From: Octopus vulgaris
Lineage: Eukaryota
Direction: 5' to 3'
NCBI GenBank assembly: GCA_951406725.2
Contig: OX597819.1
Coordinates: 116,064,001 to 116,128,000 of the forward strand
DNA length: 64,000 nucleotides
Positions within the stretch are counted from its first letter, which is position 1. Each line of letters opens with the position of its first letter. Below the pieces are notes generated by a model that ran no database searches, had not been told where the DNA came from, and saw nothing but the letters and a program-made list of their open reading frames with translations. Below, in pieces: positions 26,235-40,300 of the stretch. Made by a program: the position numbers and the translations under genes.

Positions 26235-27270
26235 ACCGTCATTTTGTTCTTATATATTTCTCATCATGTATTTTGAGGACTGAAGGTGTAACAGAATGCA
26301 CTCTCAAGTATTTTTCGAAATTGCAGTCGTTTGATGTAAAAGGTTCGGCAAGTTCTGTCGAACTACTCTTATTGTGCCTGACGTCATACCTGTGCCCATT
26401 GAATCTTTTGTTTAATTGTTCTGTTGTAAAACCAACATAAATCAAGTTGAGTTTGCAACCTTTCGTAGTCTTGTGTACACCATAATGGAATTCTACATGT
26501 CTCACCTTTTTGTTAATCATCCCTTTCAGTTACATTCCGGATGGAATTGAAATCACTTATGTTGCATAATGAACCAGGCTTACCTCTTGCAGTTGTTTTT
26601 CAAGGTACAGCATACAGAAACTCCAATGTTATGCTTCCTTGGAGCTAGAGGTAGAGGTTAATAATTCCCTCATATTTTTCATTTCGTCTAAAGTCTACAA
26701 TAGGTGACTGAGGAAAAATGATACATAAAAATTCAAAATTATATACGTTCAAAATTACGGTACCAGTTAATCCCTGAAGGAATTCTGACACACATTGTAA
26801 TTTGTTTGCTAAACTTATGCGTGAAAGTTTGACTTTCATTGCTAATCTTATCTATGTCATTTGCAATTGCCTTTAATCGTGATTCACTGTAAGAAAAAAG
26901 GAAAAAGAAGAAACGTAAAAGAAAAGGAAAAAGAATCCCGTAAAATACAGATTCGTTTTATAAAAATGATGATTTACCGTCATTTTGTTCGAATTATATG
27001 ATTTCTCATCATGTATTTTGAGGACTGAAGGTGTAACAGAATGCACTGTCTGTATTTTTCGAGAACTTGCAGTCATTTGATGTAAAAGGTTCGGCAAGTT
27101 CTGTCGAACTACTCTTATTGTGCCTGACGTCATACCTGTGCCCATTGAATCTTTTGTTTAATTGTTCTGTTGTAAAACCAAGAAATGCATAAAGTCAATT
27201 GAACTTCCCGTGCATTCTACTACGTACACCAAATGGGAATCTCTACATGTCTCACCTTTCGTGTTCAAGA
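26235..27270 (-). mobile_element. Duplicated PLE GIY-YIG fragments (~26235-26520 and ~26965-27260)
   Basis: IYVGFTTEQLNKRFNGHRYDVRHNKSSSTELAEPF; ~200 bp present twice nearly identically; related scraps at ~25800-25990. Confidence 0.65.
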
Positions 27271-27644
27271 CCATGTAGGGATTTGAATGTCTTCAGTACC
27301 AATAGGTAAAAATACTTTTATAGAGGTGTTTGCGCAATTAAGGCTTACATTAAGATTCATATATCTTTCAGTTAAATATAGAAAACAAAAGAAATATTTT
27401 CATTAGGAAAAGTAACCCTAGATCTTAAATGCGAAGATACAATATTAAATGGTGACTGAGATAGATAGCTTGATATTGTATAATGGATGGAAACGAAAGT
27501 GTAAATTGTGCCTTGTGGATACACTGCATATCTTTACATCCTAATTTAAAATATTAAACACAAGAAATGAATTATTGTTGCACTGTACACATGTATTTAT
27601 AAGAAATTTCTAAACATTCCTTAATAAATATAATACTGATTGTT

Positions 27645-28283
27645 ATGTAGTGAAATTGTACACCTCTCCCAGTAGAAAGTGGTAGTAGCCAGCCATTATA
27701 AATATAACAGTAGCCGGTAGAGAGAGAAGGTCAGAGAAGGTCGAGAGTACGTGTAGACTGTATTGATAGTCGTGTCTGTGCAGATATAGTAATTATGCAG
27801 TGTTACTGTGCGGACTTTATAACAATCTAACCATTTGAGGATAATAACACAGTACGATTGGGGGTCGTACAGTGTCAGGTAGAAGCATTCTATCGACAAC
27901 ATCTGAATATAACAATATCTGTCAGAGCGACAACCGTCGTCAAAAAAACATATACAACAGTGGAAAAACACCGCTTCACAACAGTGGCGACGGGGAAAAA
28001 CAAATTTACGCGGAGTGGAAAATAATACACATTCGTGAAGAGTTTAGACTAATTCACGTGGAAAATTGAATACCTCGAAAATAAAAGGAAACGACAATCA
28101 TGTGCAAATTTAGAAAAATCGTAAAAAACAGAAGACATATTAATTGGGGTAGTTGAGTTGAAAAAACAGCAACAACAACTCAATGAACAAGAACAACAAC
28201 CGGAGAATACATCTTCACCTGACCATGTAGCAAATCACATAAGAAAATTCAAATAGTACCCTTCGAGGCGAAAAGATATTGAG

Positions 28284-28346
<63 letters not shown>

Positions 28347-28572
28347 ATGCGCTCATGGGCCCGGTTTCCCGGTTTCAATGGCGTATGTGTTCCTCCAGCT
28401 GGATGGGACGCCAGTCCGTCGCAGCGTTACTCATTTTTGCCAGGTGAGTGGACTGGAGCGACGTGAAATGAAGTGTTTTGCTCAAGAACACAACGCGTCG
28501 CTCGGTCCAGGAATCGAAACCACAATCGTGCGCTCATTATGCTGACATCTTAATCACTAAGCTACGCGCCTC

Positions 28573-28668
<96 letters not shown>

Positions 28669-29070
28669 GAGACGGTAAGGTGAATAAAAGAAATTGGTTA
28701 TTAATAAAAAATTATACGGAGAGTTGTTGTATAGTGAAATTGTACATCATCCCGGTAAAAAGTAGCAGTAGGCAGTCATTATAAATAGACCACTAGCCGG
28801 TCGATAGAGAGAGAAGGTCAGAGAAGGTCGAGAGTACGTGTAGATGTGCTGATAGTCTTGTATGTGTTGGTATCGTAATTAAACTGCGATACTGATTGGG
28901 CATTATAACGAATCAACCTTTTGACGATAATAACACTGAACGATTGGGTGTCGTACAATGTCAGATAAAACCATTCTGTCGATGACTTCGGAATATAACA
29001 ATATCTGTCGGAGCGACCACCGTCGTAAAAAGACAGATACAACAGTGGAAAAAGACCGCTTTACAACACT
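27645..29070 (+). repeat. Dispersed direct repeat, ~340 bp (27645-27985 and 28728-29070)
   Basis: tagtgaaattgtaca...agagagagaaggtcagagaaggtcgag...aatataacaatatctgtc...caacagtggaaaaa.accgct at both sites, moderately diverged. Confidence 0.85.
28345..28572 (-). mobile_element. tRNA-derived SINE with V-domain-like body
   Basis: Minus strand ggaggcgcgtagcttagtg...ggtttcgattcc (A/B boxes), cttgagcaaaacactt, gcgacggactggcgtcccatccag. Confidence 0.75.
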
Positions 29071-29663
29071 GATTCATGCAGCATAATAATATAATAGGCT
29101 GGATCAACATTTTCTTGGCCCAGCGTGTTGGACAAAGCTAGTGTAATTTAGTATATACAATTATATCATTTTAAACTATTTTTTATTTACTTTCAATTAG
29201 TTCTTCATTATTCATAATTAGTTTTCTAAATTTTATATATTTTTAAGGGACTTCAATTTTTGAATTATTTTGATTAATTTTTATTAATAATGTTTAATTT
29301 AGATATATTTTTAAATGTAGAATCTTTTACTCTTTATAATTTTATAATCATTAATCTGAATTAAAAAAAAAAACTATATTGGAATTTTTAATTCTTATAA
29401 TATACACATCTTCTGATTAACCTACAAATGATATATCAAATAATTGATAACTTCAAAAATGAAGTTTCATTTTGAAATTCATTTTATATTACATATGTTT
29501 TTAACATTGTTTTATCTGATTTTTCTTATCAAAATCTGGAATATCACTATTCGTAATGTACAGTTTTGTAAAGTGTAATGGAATACTCTCCGTAGTGAAT
29601 ACTATCTTTCCAAGGTTTCCTTTAGAATTATCATTAATTCATTCTGTTCTCTGCTTTTCATTA

Positions 29664-31050
29664 TCTTGTATATATAAATCGCGATATGTGTGTGTATAAT
29701 GACTAACGCATACATTTCCACAATTCTCAACCGATTTTATCTAAACTTTACACACACATTAGTTATGTCCCAAGGGTTGCCATGCACTATAACATTTTGC
29801 CCATAATACCGCATAAATGGACGTAAATGGACATAGCTCTTTGTATGTAGGGGCCTCCCTACTTTTTTAATCATTTCATAAAAGTGAAAGAATTTTGTCT
29901 ATTTATTTACTTCGACTGTTCACCTGCACAGAAAGACAGCCAGGAAACATGCTTTGGAAGCTGTCAATTTGTTTTCATGTAAATAAATGTTTATGTTAAT
30001 TTAAAAGTTTTTCCAAGTTCGCTGTATGTACATATTTTTTTGTATGTAGGTTCTTCCATACTTTTTATTCCACATTGTCGTATATTGACATTAGGAAAAG
30101 GGAAGCACTCCGTCGGTTACGATGACGAGGGTTCCGGTTGATCCGATCAACGGAACAGCCTGCTCGTGAAATTAACGTGTAAGTGGCTGAGCACTCCACA
30201 GACACGTGTACCCTTAACGTAGTTCTCGGGGATATTCAGCGTGACACAGAGAGTGACAAGGCCGACCCTTTGAAATACAGGTACAACAGAAACAGGAAGA
30301 AAGAGTGAGAGAAAGTTGTGGTGAAAGAGTACAGCAGGGATCACCACCATCCCTGCCGGAGCCTCGTGGAGCTTTAGGTGTTTTCGCTCAATAAACACTC
30401 ACAACGCCCGGTCTGGGAATCGAAACCGCGATCCTACGACCGCGAGTCCGCTGCACTAACCACTGGGCCATTGCGCCTCCACATTGACATTAGAGAATAC
30501 TTTTGACTGTGATTAAATTGACTAGCAACACTGTACCAAACAATCTTAATCTCCATATTTAAGTTGCATTAAACTTTGGCGAGCTTACCTTTATCTATTC
30601 TGAGTTACTTCAAATGTGGTGTTTCATCTCCTCTCTTCTATTTAATAGCTTTGTTTACCTACCCTGTAACAGAGACTGTTACAGGGGATATCTCTGTAAT
30701 ATGTCCATTTGGCAAGGCCCTCAAACAGAAAGGTTCGCTTGCCTGACCTGCAAAACACTCAGCCTTTCTTCTCTTTACTCCTTGGTCAACATCCTGATTC
30801 GCATCAGTTTATACAGAAAATTCGCGCTTATAACTTTGCCTTCCAGATGACAAGTCTCGGTCACAAACTTATTCATGAAGACTCTTATATGCCAACGTTT
30901 AATATTCAGTGCCAAACCTAGTATCGGATAGGCTCTATTCTTCCTGTCAACAACGCAGAACAAATTTACTTCATGGGAGATACCACTGAGCAAACTGCTC
31001 GCTGAGCCCAGGTGGCACCTGGAACAAAGTGAAAATATACCAGCAAAGTA
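29664..31050 (+). mobile_element. Helitron relic with RepHel N-terminal fragment, interrupted by a SINE
   Basis: A|TC 5' end with tatataaa and 'caaccgatttt' motif; translation KVRLPDL..HQFIQKIRAYNFAFQMTSLG..YMPTFNIQCQ*YRIGSILP..EQIYFMGD matches Helitron RepHel. Confidence 0.8.
30095..30482 (-). mobile_element. Full-length young tRNA-SINE with 11-bp TSD
   Basis: A box tggcccagtgg and B box ggtttcgattcc on minus strand; TSD attgacattag at 30084-30094 and 30483-30493; partial relative at ~15030-15190. Confidence 0.9.
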
Positions 31051-31070
31051 ACTGAAGCTATTCAAAAGAC

Positions 31071-31114
<44 letters not shown>

Positions 31115-31119
31115 ACCGA

Positions 31120-34100
31120 ACGAGAGGAGGAAAGATCCAGATTTATGTGGACCAAACAACATGAGTGGTTTTTAAACTACGAAAAGAACTATGGGGAAGA
31201 ATCAATTATGAAGACAAAAAAAAACTACCAAAACAAATGAATAGATACAACAAACCAACACCACAAACATATTGGACTCCCAGACATCCAAATAAGCCCT
31301 ACTAAATACAAACCAAAATCCCGCTCCTTACACTGCCGAACCCCCCAATTAACAGATACACAAAATATGAAAGACAACCATCAACCCAAAACCCCACAAA
31401 AACAAACACACCAACAGCAAGACGAGCACAATACATAAAACCAACAACCTATAACACTTGGAGAGAACAAATAGAATATGAACAACCACCAACACATAAC
31501 ACTGGACATCCTAAAAGGACACACACATGGAACAATATACAAATGGATAGGAATCAACACATAACCTACAACAAACATCGAGGAAATCGAAACCACATAA
31601 ACACCAACCCCATGCAACCCCACAAATTTACAAGATGGATAAAAAACAACTCCCACTATCAATACAATACAAACACAATACATGAACCATCCACCTACCC
31701 ACAAAGAAACCTGAACCCCAGTAATAGATATTGGCTCAACAAACACAGAAGATGGGAAGAAAACAACTACCAAAGACAAAACAACACATACAGACCACAC
31801 AGACCACCCCAACTACAAGAAAACCTAAGAACTGAAAATGGAATTTGGAGACGTAACAACACAACCCATTTTTTAGGGAGAGGATACTTCAACCATACTC
31901 CAGACCCAATACACCAAAAATTCCGGATGAACTCACAAAACACATAGACCCCAAAATAATAAACTTATCTAAAAGAGAACTTGACGAAAATGAAATGAAC
32001 CTACGACTAAAAGGCCTCAAATTTACACCTACACCCACTCCAAACCTCATAGAACTAAAAACTGATATAGACAACTTCAGCCGCTACCTCCGCCTTATGG
32101 AATTCTTTGAAAATAAAGAAACAGAAGATAACTCAATCATAAGAAAAAAATCCCACTTCATCCCTTACAAGGGAAGTGACAAACACCTTGACACATACAT
32201 AGAAACAATATCCAAATCCCCTCTCCACACACACAAATGCAAACAGAATCTCCGCAGAGAAGAAAAACAAGCCCTACAAAAACTGAAAAATGACAAATAA
32301 ATCATTATAAAAGAAGCTGACAAAGGTGGGGCAATAGTAATTATGGACACAGATTACTACAATGAAAAGATACTGGAGTTACTGAACAACCAGACATATT
32401 ACAAAGAGGAACCAACACCACCGGAGAAAACAACAATAAAAAAATTAGAACTTTAGTCAATGAATATCAGGACTCCTTTACATATAAGGAGAAAGACTAT
32501 CTATGCAACTCACAAACCAAAGAAAGCAACTTTTATGGATTACCTAAAATTCATAAAAGCTCTGAAATACAGAGAGCCATAAAGGAACAGAGGAACCACT
32601 ATAAAAGAGTACAAAGGCCTGCAGACCTCACAATGAGACCAATAGTGGCAGGACCCCAGGCATCAACACAACAACTAAGCCACTTCATAGATATACTCCT
32701 CAAACCTTTATACGCACAGATACCAAGCTACATAAGGGATGACATAGACTTCCTCACACACATTCCAAATACAGTCCCGAAAAACACCATACTTGCAAGC
32801 TTTGATGTCACAAATCTATACACAAACATACCACACACCCAAGGTCTAGAAGCTATAAAACAATCAATAGAAAAATACAGAGAACTTATAGACGAATGCT
32901 TCAAGACAAACTTTATCACCCAAGCCACCCAACTAATACTCGAAGAAAACACATTCTCATTCAACAATAAGACATACCGACAGATAAAAGGCACAGCTAT
33001 GGGTACAAAATTCGCACCTTCATATGCCAACCTGGTGATGGGTTTCCTAGAGAAAAAACTATATGATGAAATAGGGAAAGTCTTCGAACACGACTTCAGA
33101 GAAGACATCAAGAAAAAGTGGAAACGCTACCTCGATGACTGCTTCATCTTTTGGAACAGATCAGAAGAGGACCTACAAACATTCCACAACATCCTCAATA
33201 CGCTGCACCCATCTATCAACTTCACAATAGATACCAGCCACAACGAACTTCCCTTCCTAGACATCAACATCAAAATACACAACTCCATCGTCACAACAGA
33301 CATCCACTACAAAAAAACTGACACACATCAATACTTAAATTTCCACTCCTGCCACCCATCCCACACAAAAAGAAACATCCCATATAGTATGGCACGACGA
33401 ATATGTAGCATAGTAACTAATTCACAAATACGACTAGATGAACTCAAAAACTTCCTCCTAGAGCAAAAATACCCCCTTAAACTAATAGAAAATGGAATCA
33501 CAAGAGCATTAAAACTAGACATCGCACAACACAGGACACCCAAAACAAAAAACAAAGAAAACACTATCCCTTTTATAAACACACACAACCCTGGAGTTAC
33601 CAACATCTTCCAAACCATACATTCAAACCTACCAATAGCCTTACAAAGCCCCAAAATGAAAAACATATTAAACAAATATAGCATAAAAAACAGTAGACGA
33701 CAGGACAAAAACCTAAAAAAACACCTAACAAGAGCGAAATTCTCTTCAGAAACTAAAACGGAATTCTTTGCAAAAGAGTGCGGAGATGGTAGATGTGGGA
33801 TCTGCAGCAACCCCACCTACAAATACATAGAGGGTAACAGAGAGATGAGATTTAAAAATGGTGACATATTCAAAGTAAATGCAGATATGAACTACAAGAC
33901 GCAGAACGTCATATACTGCATAACCTGCCCCACGTGCAAGGAGAATTACGTAGGTGAAACTAGTAATTCTTTGTGCCAGCGAGCCAGGATTCACCGACAA
34001 CATATTCGGCAGGAAGAACTACGCAAAATACCACTAAGCACACACCTAGCTACATGTGGAGAAGGAAAATTTAAGATCTTTCCCTTCTACAAGTGTCCGA

Positions 34101-34174
34101 AGAACGACACCTCTTTCAGGAGGAATATGGAAAAACATTTCATAGCTAAGTTCTCCCCCAAATTAAATGGCTGA
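31120..34174 (+). mobile_element. Near full-length Penelope-like retroelement (Neptune/Naiad-like)
   Basis: IINLS..KGLKFTPTP (31956-32040), IIKEADKGGAIVIMD, FYGLPKIHK, then intact ORF 32633-34174; upstream part broken by a stop and frameshifts. Confidence 0.92.
32633..34174 (+). CDS. PLE reverse transcriptase + Cys linker + GIY-YIG endonuclease (513-aa open segment)
   Basis: RPIVAG, SFDVTNLYTNIP, GTAMGTKFAPSYANL, RYLDDCF, LPFLDI, SCHPSH, CGDGRCGIC, NVIYCITCPTCKENYVGET, PKLNG*. Confidence 0.9.
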   Translation: MRPIVAGPQASTQQLSHFIDILLKPLYAQIPSYIRDDIDFLTHIPNTVPKNTILASFDVTNLYTNIPHTQGLEAIKQSIEKYRELIDECFKTNFITQATQLILEENTFSFNNKTYRQIKGTAMGTKFAPSYANLVMGFLEKKLYDEIGKVFEHDFREDIKKKWKRYLDDCFIFWNRSEEDLQTFHNILNTLHPSINFTIDTSHNELPFLDINIKIHNSIVTTDIHYKKTDTHQYLNFHSCHPSHTKRNIPYSMARRICSIVTNSQIRLDELKNFLLEQKYPLKLIENGITRALKLDIAQHRTPKTKNKENTIPFINTHNPGVTNIFQTIHSNLPIALQSPKMKNILNKYSIKNSRRQDKNLKKHLTRAKFSSETKTEFFAKECGDGRCGICSNPTYKYIEGNREMRFKNGDIFKVNADMNYKTQNVIYCITCPTCKENYVGETSNSLCQRARIHRQHIRQEELRKIPLSTHLATCGEGKFKIFPFYKCPKNDTSFRRNMEKHFIAKFSPKLNG

Positions 34175-34190
34175 AACTTTACTCAACATA

Positions 34191-34245
34191 CATTGAAGGA
34201 CAAATCTTTCGATTTACAATATAATATAGTAGAACATTTAATATA

Positions 34246-34299
<54 letters not shown>

Positions 34300-34490
34300 T
34301 GTGTGTGTATATATATATGTTACCTGTTATATACATTATATTGTTTTTGTAATTTACTTGATCTTTACTTGCCAATTGTCATTCTAATTTTAACCTTCCT
34401 ATGATATGCAATTTTCAAGATGGTGTAATTTGATTGTTCATTTTGATTCGATAGAAGGTGGGTTTTTTTCTAAATATTTCATGTGTAAGC

Positions 34491-34533
<43 letters not shown>

Positions 34534-34830
34534 CATTGAAGGACGCATCTTTCGATTTACAGTCTAATATAATAGAACATTTAGTATATGTCTGTATGTG
34601 TGTATATATATATATATATATCTGTGTATGTATATATATATATATTGCCTGTTATATATATTATATTATTATCTTTATAATTTACTTCCATCTTTACTTT
34701 TTAATTGTCACTTTAATTTTAACTTTCCTATGATATACAATTTTCAAGATGGTGTAATTTGGTTGTTCATTTTGAACCGATAAAAGGTTTGTTTTCAAAT
34801 ATTTTATGTACAAGTCTGTGTATATATATG
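34191..34830 (+). repeat. Tandem ~340-bp duplication directly 3' of the PLE ORF (pLTR/3'UTR-like)
   Basis: cattgaaggac..atctttcgatttaca...agaacattta...aattttcaagatggtgtaatttg starts at 34191 and 34534. Confidence 0.85.
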
Positions 34831-35247
34831 TAGTGGTATAAATATCAACACACAAAAAAATTTTTTTCTTCTCCATTTCCTCCCTTATTTTTATTTTTAT
34901 TTTTATTTTCCCTTTTCTCTTTTTGTCTCTCTCCCCTTCTCCAAACACACAGAGACACACACACGCACACAAACACACACGGACACACAGACACACACAC
35001 ACACAAACCTCCACAAAACGATCATACAAAGTAGAAGAGGTCTTAGACCCCAAATGGTATTTCACCATCCTCAAAATCATAAAAGGTGTAATTTATGGCC
35101 TGCCTACCCACCAACACACAGTCAGTGACACCAAAATAGACAAAAAGCTAAAGTTCTTAGAACTCCCTTGGGGGTCCAGCAGACCAAAGGAAATCCTTCT
35201 TCTTCTTCCCTCTCCCTTCCCCTCTTTCTCTTTAGCCTCAGATACAA

Positions 35248-35279
<32 letters not shown>

Positions 35280-35399
35280 ATACACATATGTTCTCTCTTT
35301 CACTTCCTCATCATCAACTTCACCCTCTTGTACTGTCTTATTCCTCCCCACAACAACAAAACTCTATAAAATGATTAAATTCCCCACAAAGGAATTAAT

Positions 35400-35533
35400 T
35401 TGATTTGAAAACCCCACTAGAATGGGAGAAAGCGCTAATAATCTGAATGATATGATATATATATGTAAAAAATGTAATATATAAATAAATATCTATAAAT
35501 ATGAACCATCCGATCTTCTGATTACCTCATTTC

Positions 35534-35545
<12 letters not shown>
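35400..35545 (+). repeat. Dispersed repeat also at 53105-53248
   Basis: tttgaaa.ccc.actagaatgggagaaagcgctaata...tacctcatttcttctaatatata at both sites, each ending in (TA)n. Confidence 0.8.
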
Positions 35546-35599
<54 letters not shown>

Positions 35600-36627
35600 G
35601 AACATCCACATAATTTATACACATATTTCAATTGCAAAACAAGTTTTTCTCCTATATATCATTTTATCAGATCTTTTTCCCTTTTTCTACTGTCACTTAA
35701 TCTTAATTCTTTCCCTAGATAAACGAAGGCAGACAAGCCATTTTTTCAGAATGACTAAAGATGAATTTAAAAATTACCTCATATTTTTACTTTAATTATT
35801 ACAAGTTTCTATATTTCCTCATAGGTGTAAATAATATATAATTTATTTATCCATCTATAAACTTTTATACATAATTGAAGGTATCTGTTAGTGTTTTAAA
35901 AGTTTACATCATAAATTTTTCAGAATAAGTAACGATTAATTTTCTTCATAGTAGAATGTAAAACTAAGTATCTTAAAATTTTATTTTATCTATATTCCCT
36001 CCAATATCAAATTGATCTCAACTAGTGACGATACAAAACTATTTATGAGTGAAGGATAATTAAATATCTAAGTTTAAATTATATATCTAATTATTTAATG
36101 TAGCCATTTTTTTTTAGCCATTACTTTAAAATATTATGACTCACATATATGATTTAAATGATTTATATTATAGTATATCTAAATACATTTATAGTTTTCA
36201 CTAGGTTAATTCAATTGGCAAATATCCCTCTGTACAATTTTCATTTCGTTGTTTTTTTCTCTCTTTATTTCTCTCTTTATTTTTTATTTCTTTATCTCTC
36301 TCTATTCTGCTTTTCAATTTGAATTACTTAACGTCTCCACGATATCTTACCCATGACTACATACTGTCTCTCACAACCCCTAACCGTCTATTTTTCAAGT
36401 CCCTCAAAGTTTTTTAGCATGATTCGATTAGCTAATACCTCCTATTAATTTCTTGACGTCTTCTTTCTCTTTTTCGCATAACTTAATATTTTTATGATTT
36501 TGTTGCTTTAAATACGAATATGTGGTCCTCATCAATCTACCTTAGTACATTTTTACCATCCTGCTTATCGTACTATATAATTCTTATTCCTCAGAAAAAT
36601 ATGTAAGCATGAGCCATTTAAAATAGA

Positions 36628-36870
36628 CAGCCCTGAAGAGATCTGATCCAATTAGGTTATTTTAAAAATCTATATACGTTTAACATGGTTCGAATCATGC
36701 AGATCCGAAAAAGCATCATACCTAGCGACTAGCTCGAAATAGGGAGTAATTAACTGTCGACAACTGATGAGGAGTTAGACTTCTTTTGGAATTCTATCCC
36801 TTATTTGTTTTATGTGTTTACGTATTTTTCACTCGTTGGTGATGTTCTGTACTGGTTGTATTATATATAT
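36628..36870 (+). mobile_element. pLTR-like repeat with decayed hammerhead-like motifs; second copy on minus strand at ~44390-44545
   Basis: CTGAAGA-gatctg...cagatc-c-GAAA, then ctcGAAA...ctGTCgacaaCTGATGA; shared block ggagtaattaac.gtcgacaactga.gagg.gttagac.tcttttgg..tt.tatccctta...tatgtgtttacgtatttttcactcg.tggtgatgt. Confidence 0.55.
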
Positions 36871-37397
36871 AAAAAGATATTACGGACTAAAGGAAATCAA
36901 CAACAAGCCTATCTTCAGAATGCGTCCTAACGTATTTTTCCATCGTCTAGGCTTTAAAAAGCCCTTATTGGTTTCCTTGTCCTGTCTTTTACTGTTTTTA
37001 TCTTTATGTGTACTGTTTTTATCTTCATTTGTTTTGCTTTTACGTCCTGTTCTTGTCACTTTTTTTTTATCCCTCCGCAAAAATATTTTACGGGAAGGAC
37101 TGCTTCGACGTGGTCGTGTTCTGCCCTTACCTTCGAAACACGCATTGAATCGAAACAGGGGCAGCTGAAGAAGGGGAATGTTCCTTGTGTTGTTTGTCTT
37201 GTACTTTGTTTTTTGGTTGTTAAAAAAAGTCCGTTTCCTTGTTTGGGTTTATGTTTTCGTTTCTCGTTGTGTCCTACGTTTATTTGTGGTGTCATGTACT
37301 CTTATATGCATGTATATATACATATAGATGTAGGTATGTACATATATGTATGTATGTATATGTTTTATTTATTAAATTGTTATTATATATATAAACG

Positions 37398-40300
37398 TAC
37401 CAACAGGTGTCCGGGGTCGCGATGGGAACTAGGATGGGCCCCAATTTCGCCAATCTCTTTCTTGGCTACATTGAGGCCCAAGTGTTCTCCCAGTTCTCTG
37501 GGCCGACCCCCGAACTATACGGTCGCTATATCGACGACTGCGTAGGTGCCACCTCCCTTTCCCGTGAACTTCTCGGCCAATTCATCTCTTTCCTTTACAA
37601 CTTTCACCCCTCTCTTCAATTCACCTCCACCATCTCCAACACCTCTGTCAACTTCCTTGACATCTCTCTCCGCATCGATCACCCCTCCAGCTCTCTCCCC
37701 ACCACCGCCTTCTTTAAACCTACGGATTCCCACCTCTATCTCAACTTCTCTTCCTCCCACCCCTTCCACACCAAACGAGCCATCCCCTACTCCCAGTTCC
37801 TCCGCCTCCGACGTTTGTGCAGCCGCGACCAGGATTTCGAGACCCAATCTCAATACCTGGCCCGCATGTTCAGACTCCGAGGTTACCCACCCACACTCCT
37901 CTCTGATGCCCTCACCCGCGCCCGTCGCATCGACCGCACTACCGCCTTGTCTCCTTCCCCCGCCCACCCCCCAACCGCACCCCCTTCCCCCTCCTTTTCC
38001 ACCCCTCTACCCTACCCCTTCGTCGCAAGATACTACGTGCCTTCCGTCGCCTCCAGCTTGATCCCACCACCCGCCCCATTTTCCCTAACCCACCCCTGTC
38101 CTCTTTCAAACGAGCCCGCAATCTGCGTGACCTCCTGGTCCACAGCACCCTCTCTCCTTCCCCCTCAGCCCCACACGGATCATTCCCTTGCTCTAGATCC
38201 CGCTGCAACACTTGCCCCTTCATCACCAACACCACCGCTGTCACCGGCTCCAACCTGCATACTGTACGCATTAGGCACTCTTTTACGTGCACCTCGTCTG
38301 GCCTTATTTACTGCATTAAATGCAACCTATGCGGGATGCTGTATGTAGGTCAGACGGGACGCCGGTTGTCCGACCGTTTCACTGAACACTTGAGGGACGT
38401 TCGCCTACACTCTTTTTCTCCCGTCGCACGCCACTTCCGCTCGGCCGGCCATTCCCGAGATGACATCTCAGTGTTTGGTCTCGCCCCCCACAATGGTCGC
38501 CCACTTTCCAGGCTCCACTTGGAGCAACGCTACATCTTCACCCTACAAACTACCACCCCACACGGACTTAACACAGCCCCCTCCTCTTGATACCGTTTTT
38601 TTTTTTTTTTTTTTTTTTTTCCGGACACACCACCCACACCCACCCACCTACCTACCTCCCACACGCCTGTTCACACACACACATACGTAGACCCATCTAC
38701 GTACATACATTCACACATTTAATCACACACACTTACAGACACACATGCACATACACACACACATACATACATACACACACGCATACATACTTACACACAC
38801 ACACACACACACAGACATACATACACACATACACACACACATACATACGCACATACATACACACACACTCACACACACACACCGCACGTACATACTTCAC
38901 ACACACACACATGCACACATACATGTAGGCACATACATACATACATACCCACACATGCACACCCGTACACTGAATGCACACACACATACACCTTTTTGCA
39001 TCCAGGCAGCCCCCCCCCCTCTTTTCTGCTTTCCGGTTTTGGCTGATGGATCCTCGGTTCCCGCGTAGCGGGGCGATCGAGGGCCTTTGCGCTCGCGCGC
39101 CTTGGCGCGCGCTGGGGGCTCGGTCGGCCCCTTTGGGCTTGCGTTGCACTGCTTGTGCGCTGTGTGCGTGAGCGCGCTTCGTGTGTGTGGGCTTGCTTCG
39201 GATGTGCGCTTGCGTATGTTTGCATACATACCCACACACTCGCATGCATCCCTACCCACATACATACACGCACACCTACTCACACACACACATACACACA
39301 CACACATACCCGCACACACACACACATACATACATACACACACATACCCACTTCAGACATACACACACACAGACATACACCCATACACCCACACTCACAC
39401 GCATACACACACACACATACACACGCACACGTACACATACACACACACACACACCTACATACATACATTACACTTGTATACACACACACTTACATTCATA
39501 CACACACACACCTACACAGCCATAGCCTCACTCAGACACACACATCTACCTACACACACACACAAACACACACTGACACACACCCATACATACATACATC
39601 TACACACTCACGCCTACACACATACATACACACATACATAAACACACACACATACACATACACACACATACGCACACACGCATATACTTATACACATGCA
39701 CACACACACACATACATACATACACCCATATACATACACACACACATACCTACATACTCCTATACGCACATACATACACACAGACATACACACATACACA
39801 CTCACACAAACATACACACACACATACTTACACACACACTCACCTGCACGCGCACACACATGCATGACAAACACTCATACACTCACACTCACATACGCAC
39901 ACACCAACATAAACACGCACACGCACACACACACCTACACTCCCACACACATACACACGCACCTACATACACACACGCACGCATACACACGCATACACAC
40001 ATACATTACACACGTACACACACACCTACATACACATGCATACACACACACACACAAACATGCACGGACACACCCAGACATACATACATACACCTATATA
40101 CACACGCCCACACACCTACATACACACACATATACACACGCCCACACAGCTACATACACACACATACATACACACATACACGGACACACCCATACATACT
40201 TACATACATACACCTATACACACACGCCTACACACCTACACACACACATGCATACACACACACATGTACGCACATACACACACATATACGCACACACATA

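Noticed and set aside
30400-30482. tRNA gene
   Set aside because: A/B boxes belong to a SINE head with body, tail and TSD; same for 28500-28572 and 43561-43650
32728-33816. Antisense ORFs over PLE and LINE coding regions
   Set aside because: Shadows of strand-biased TE ORFs
36875-36925. Minus-strand CTGAAGA-taggct...agtcc-GTAA hammerhead-like motif
   Set aside because: GAAA and the cleavage-site helix are not recoverable; too decayed to call
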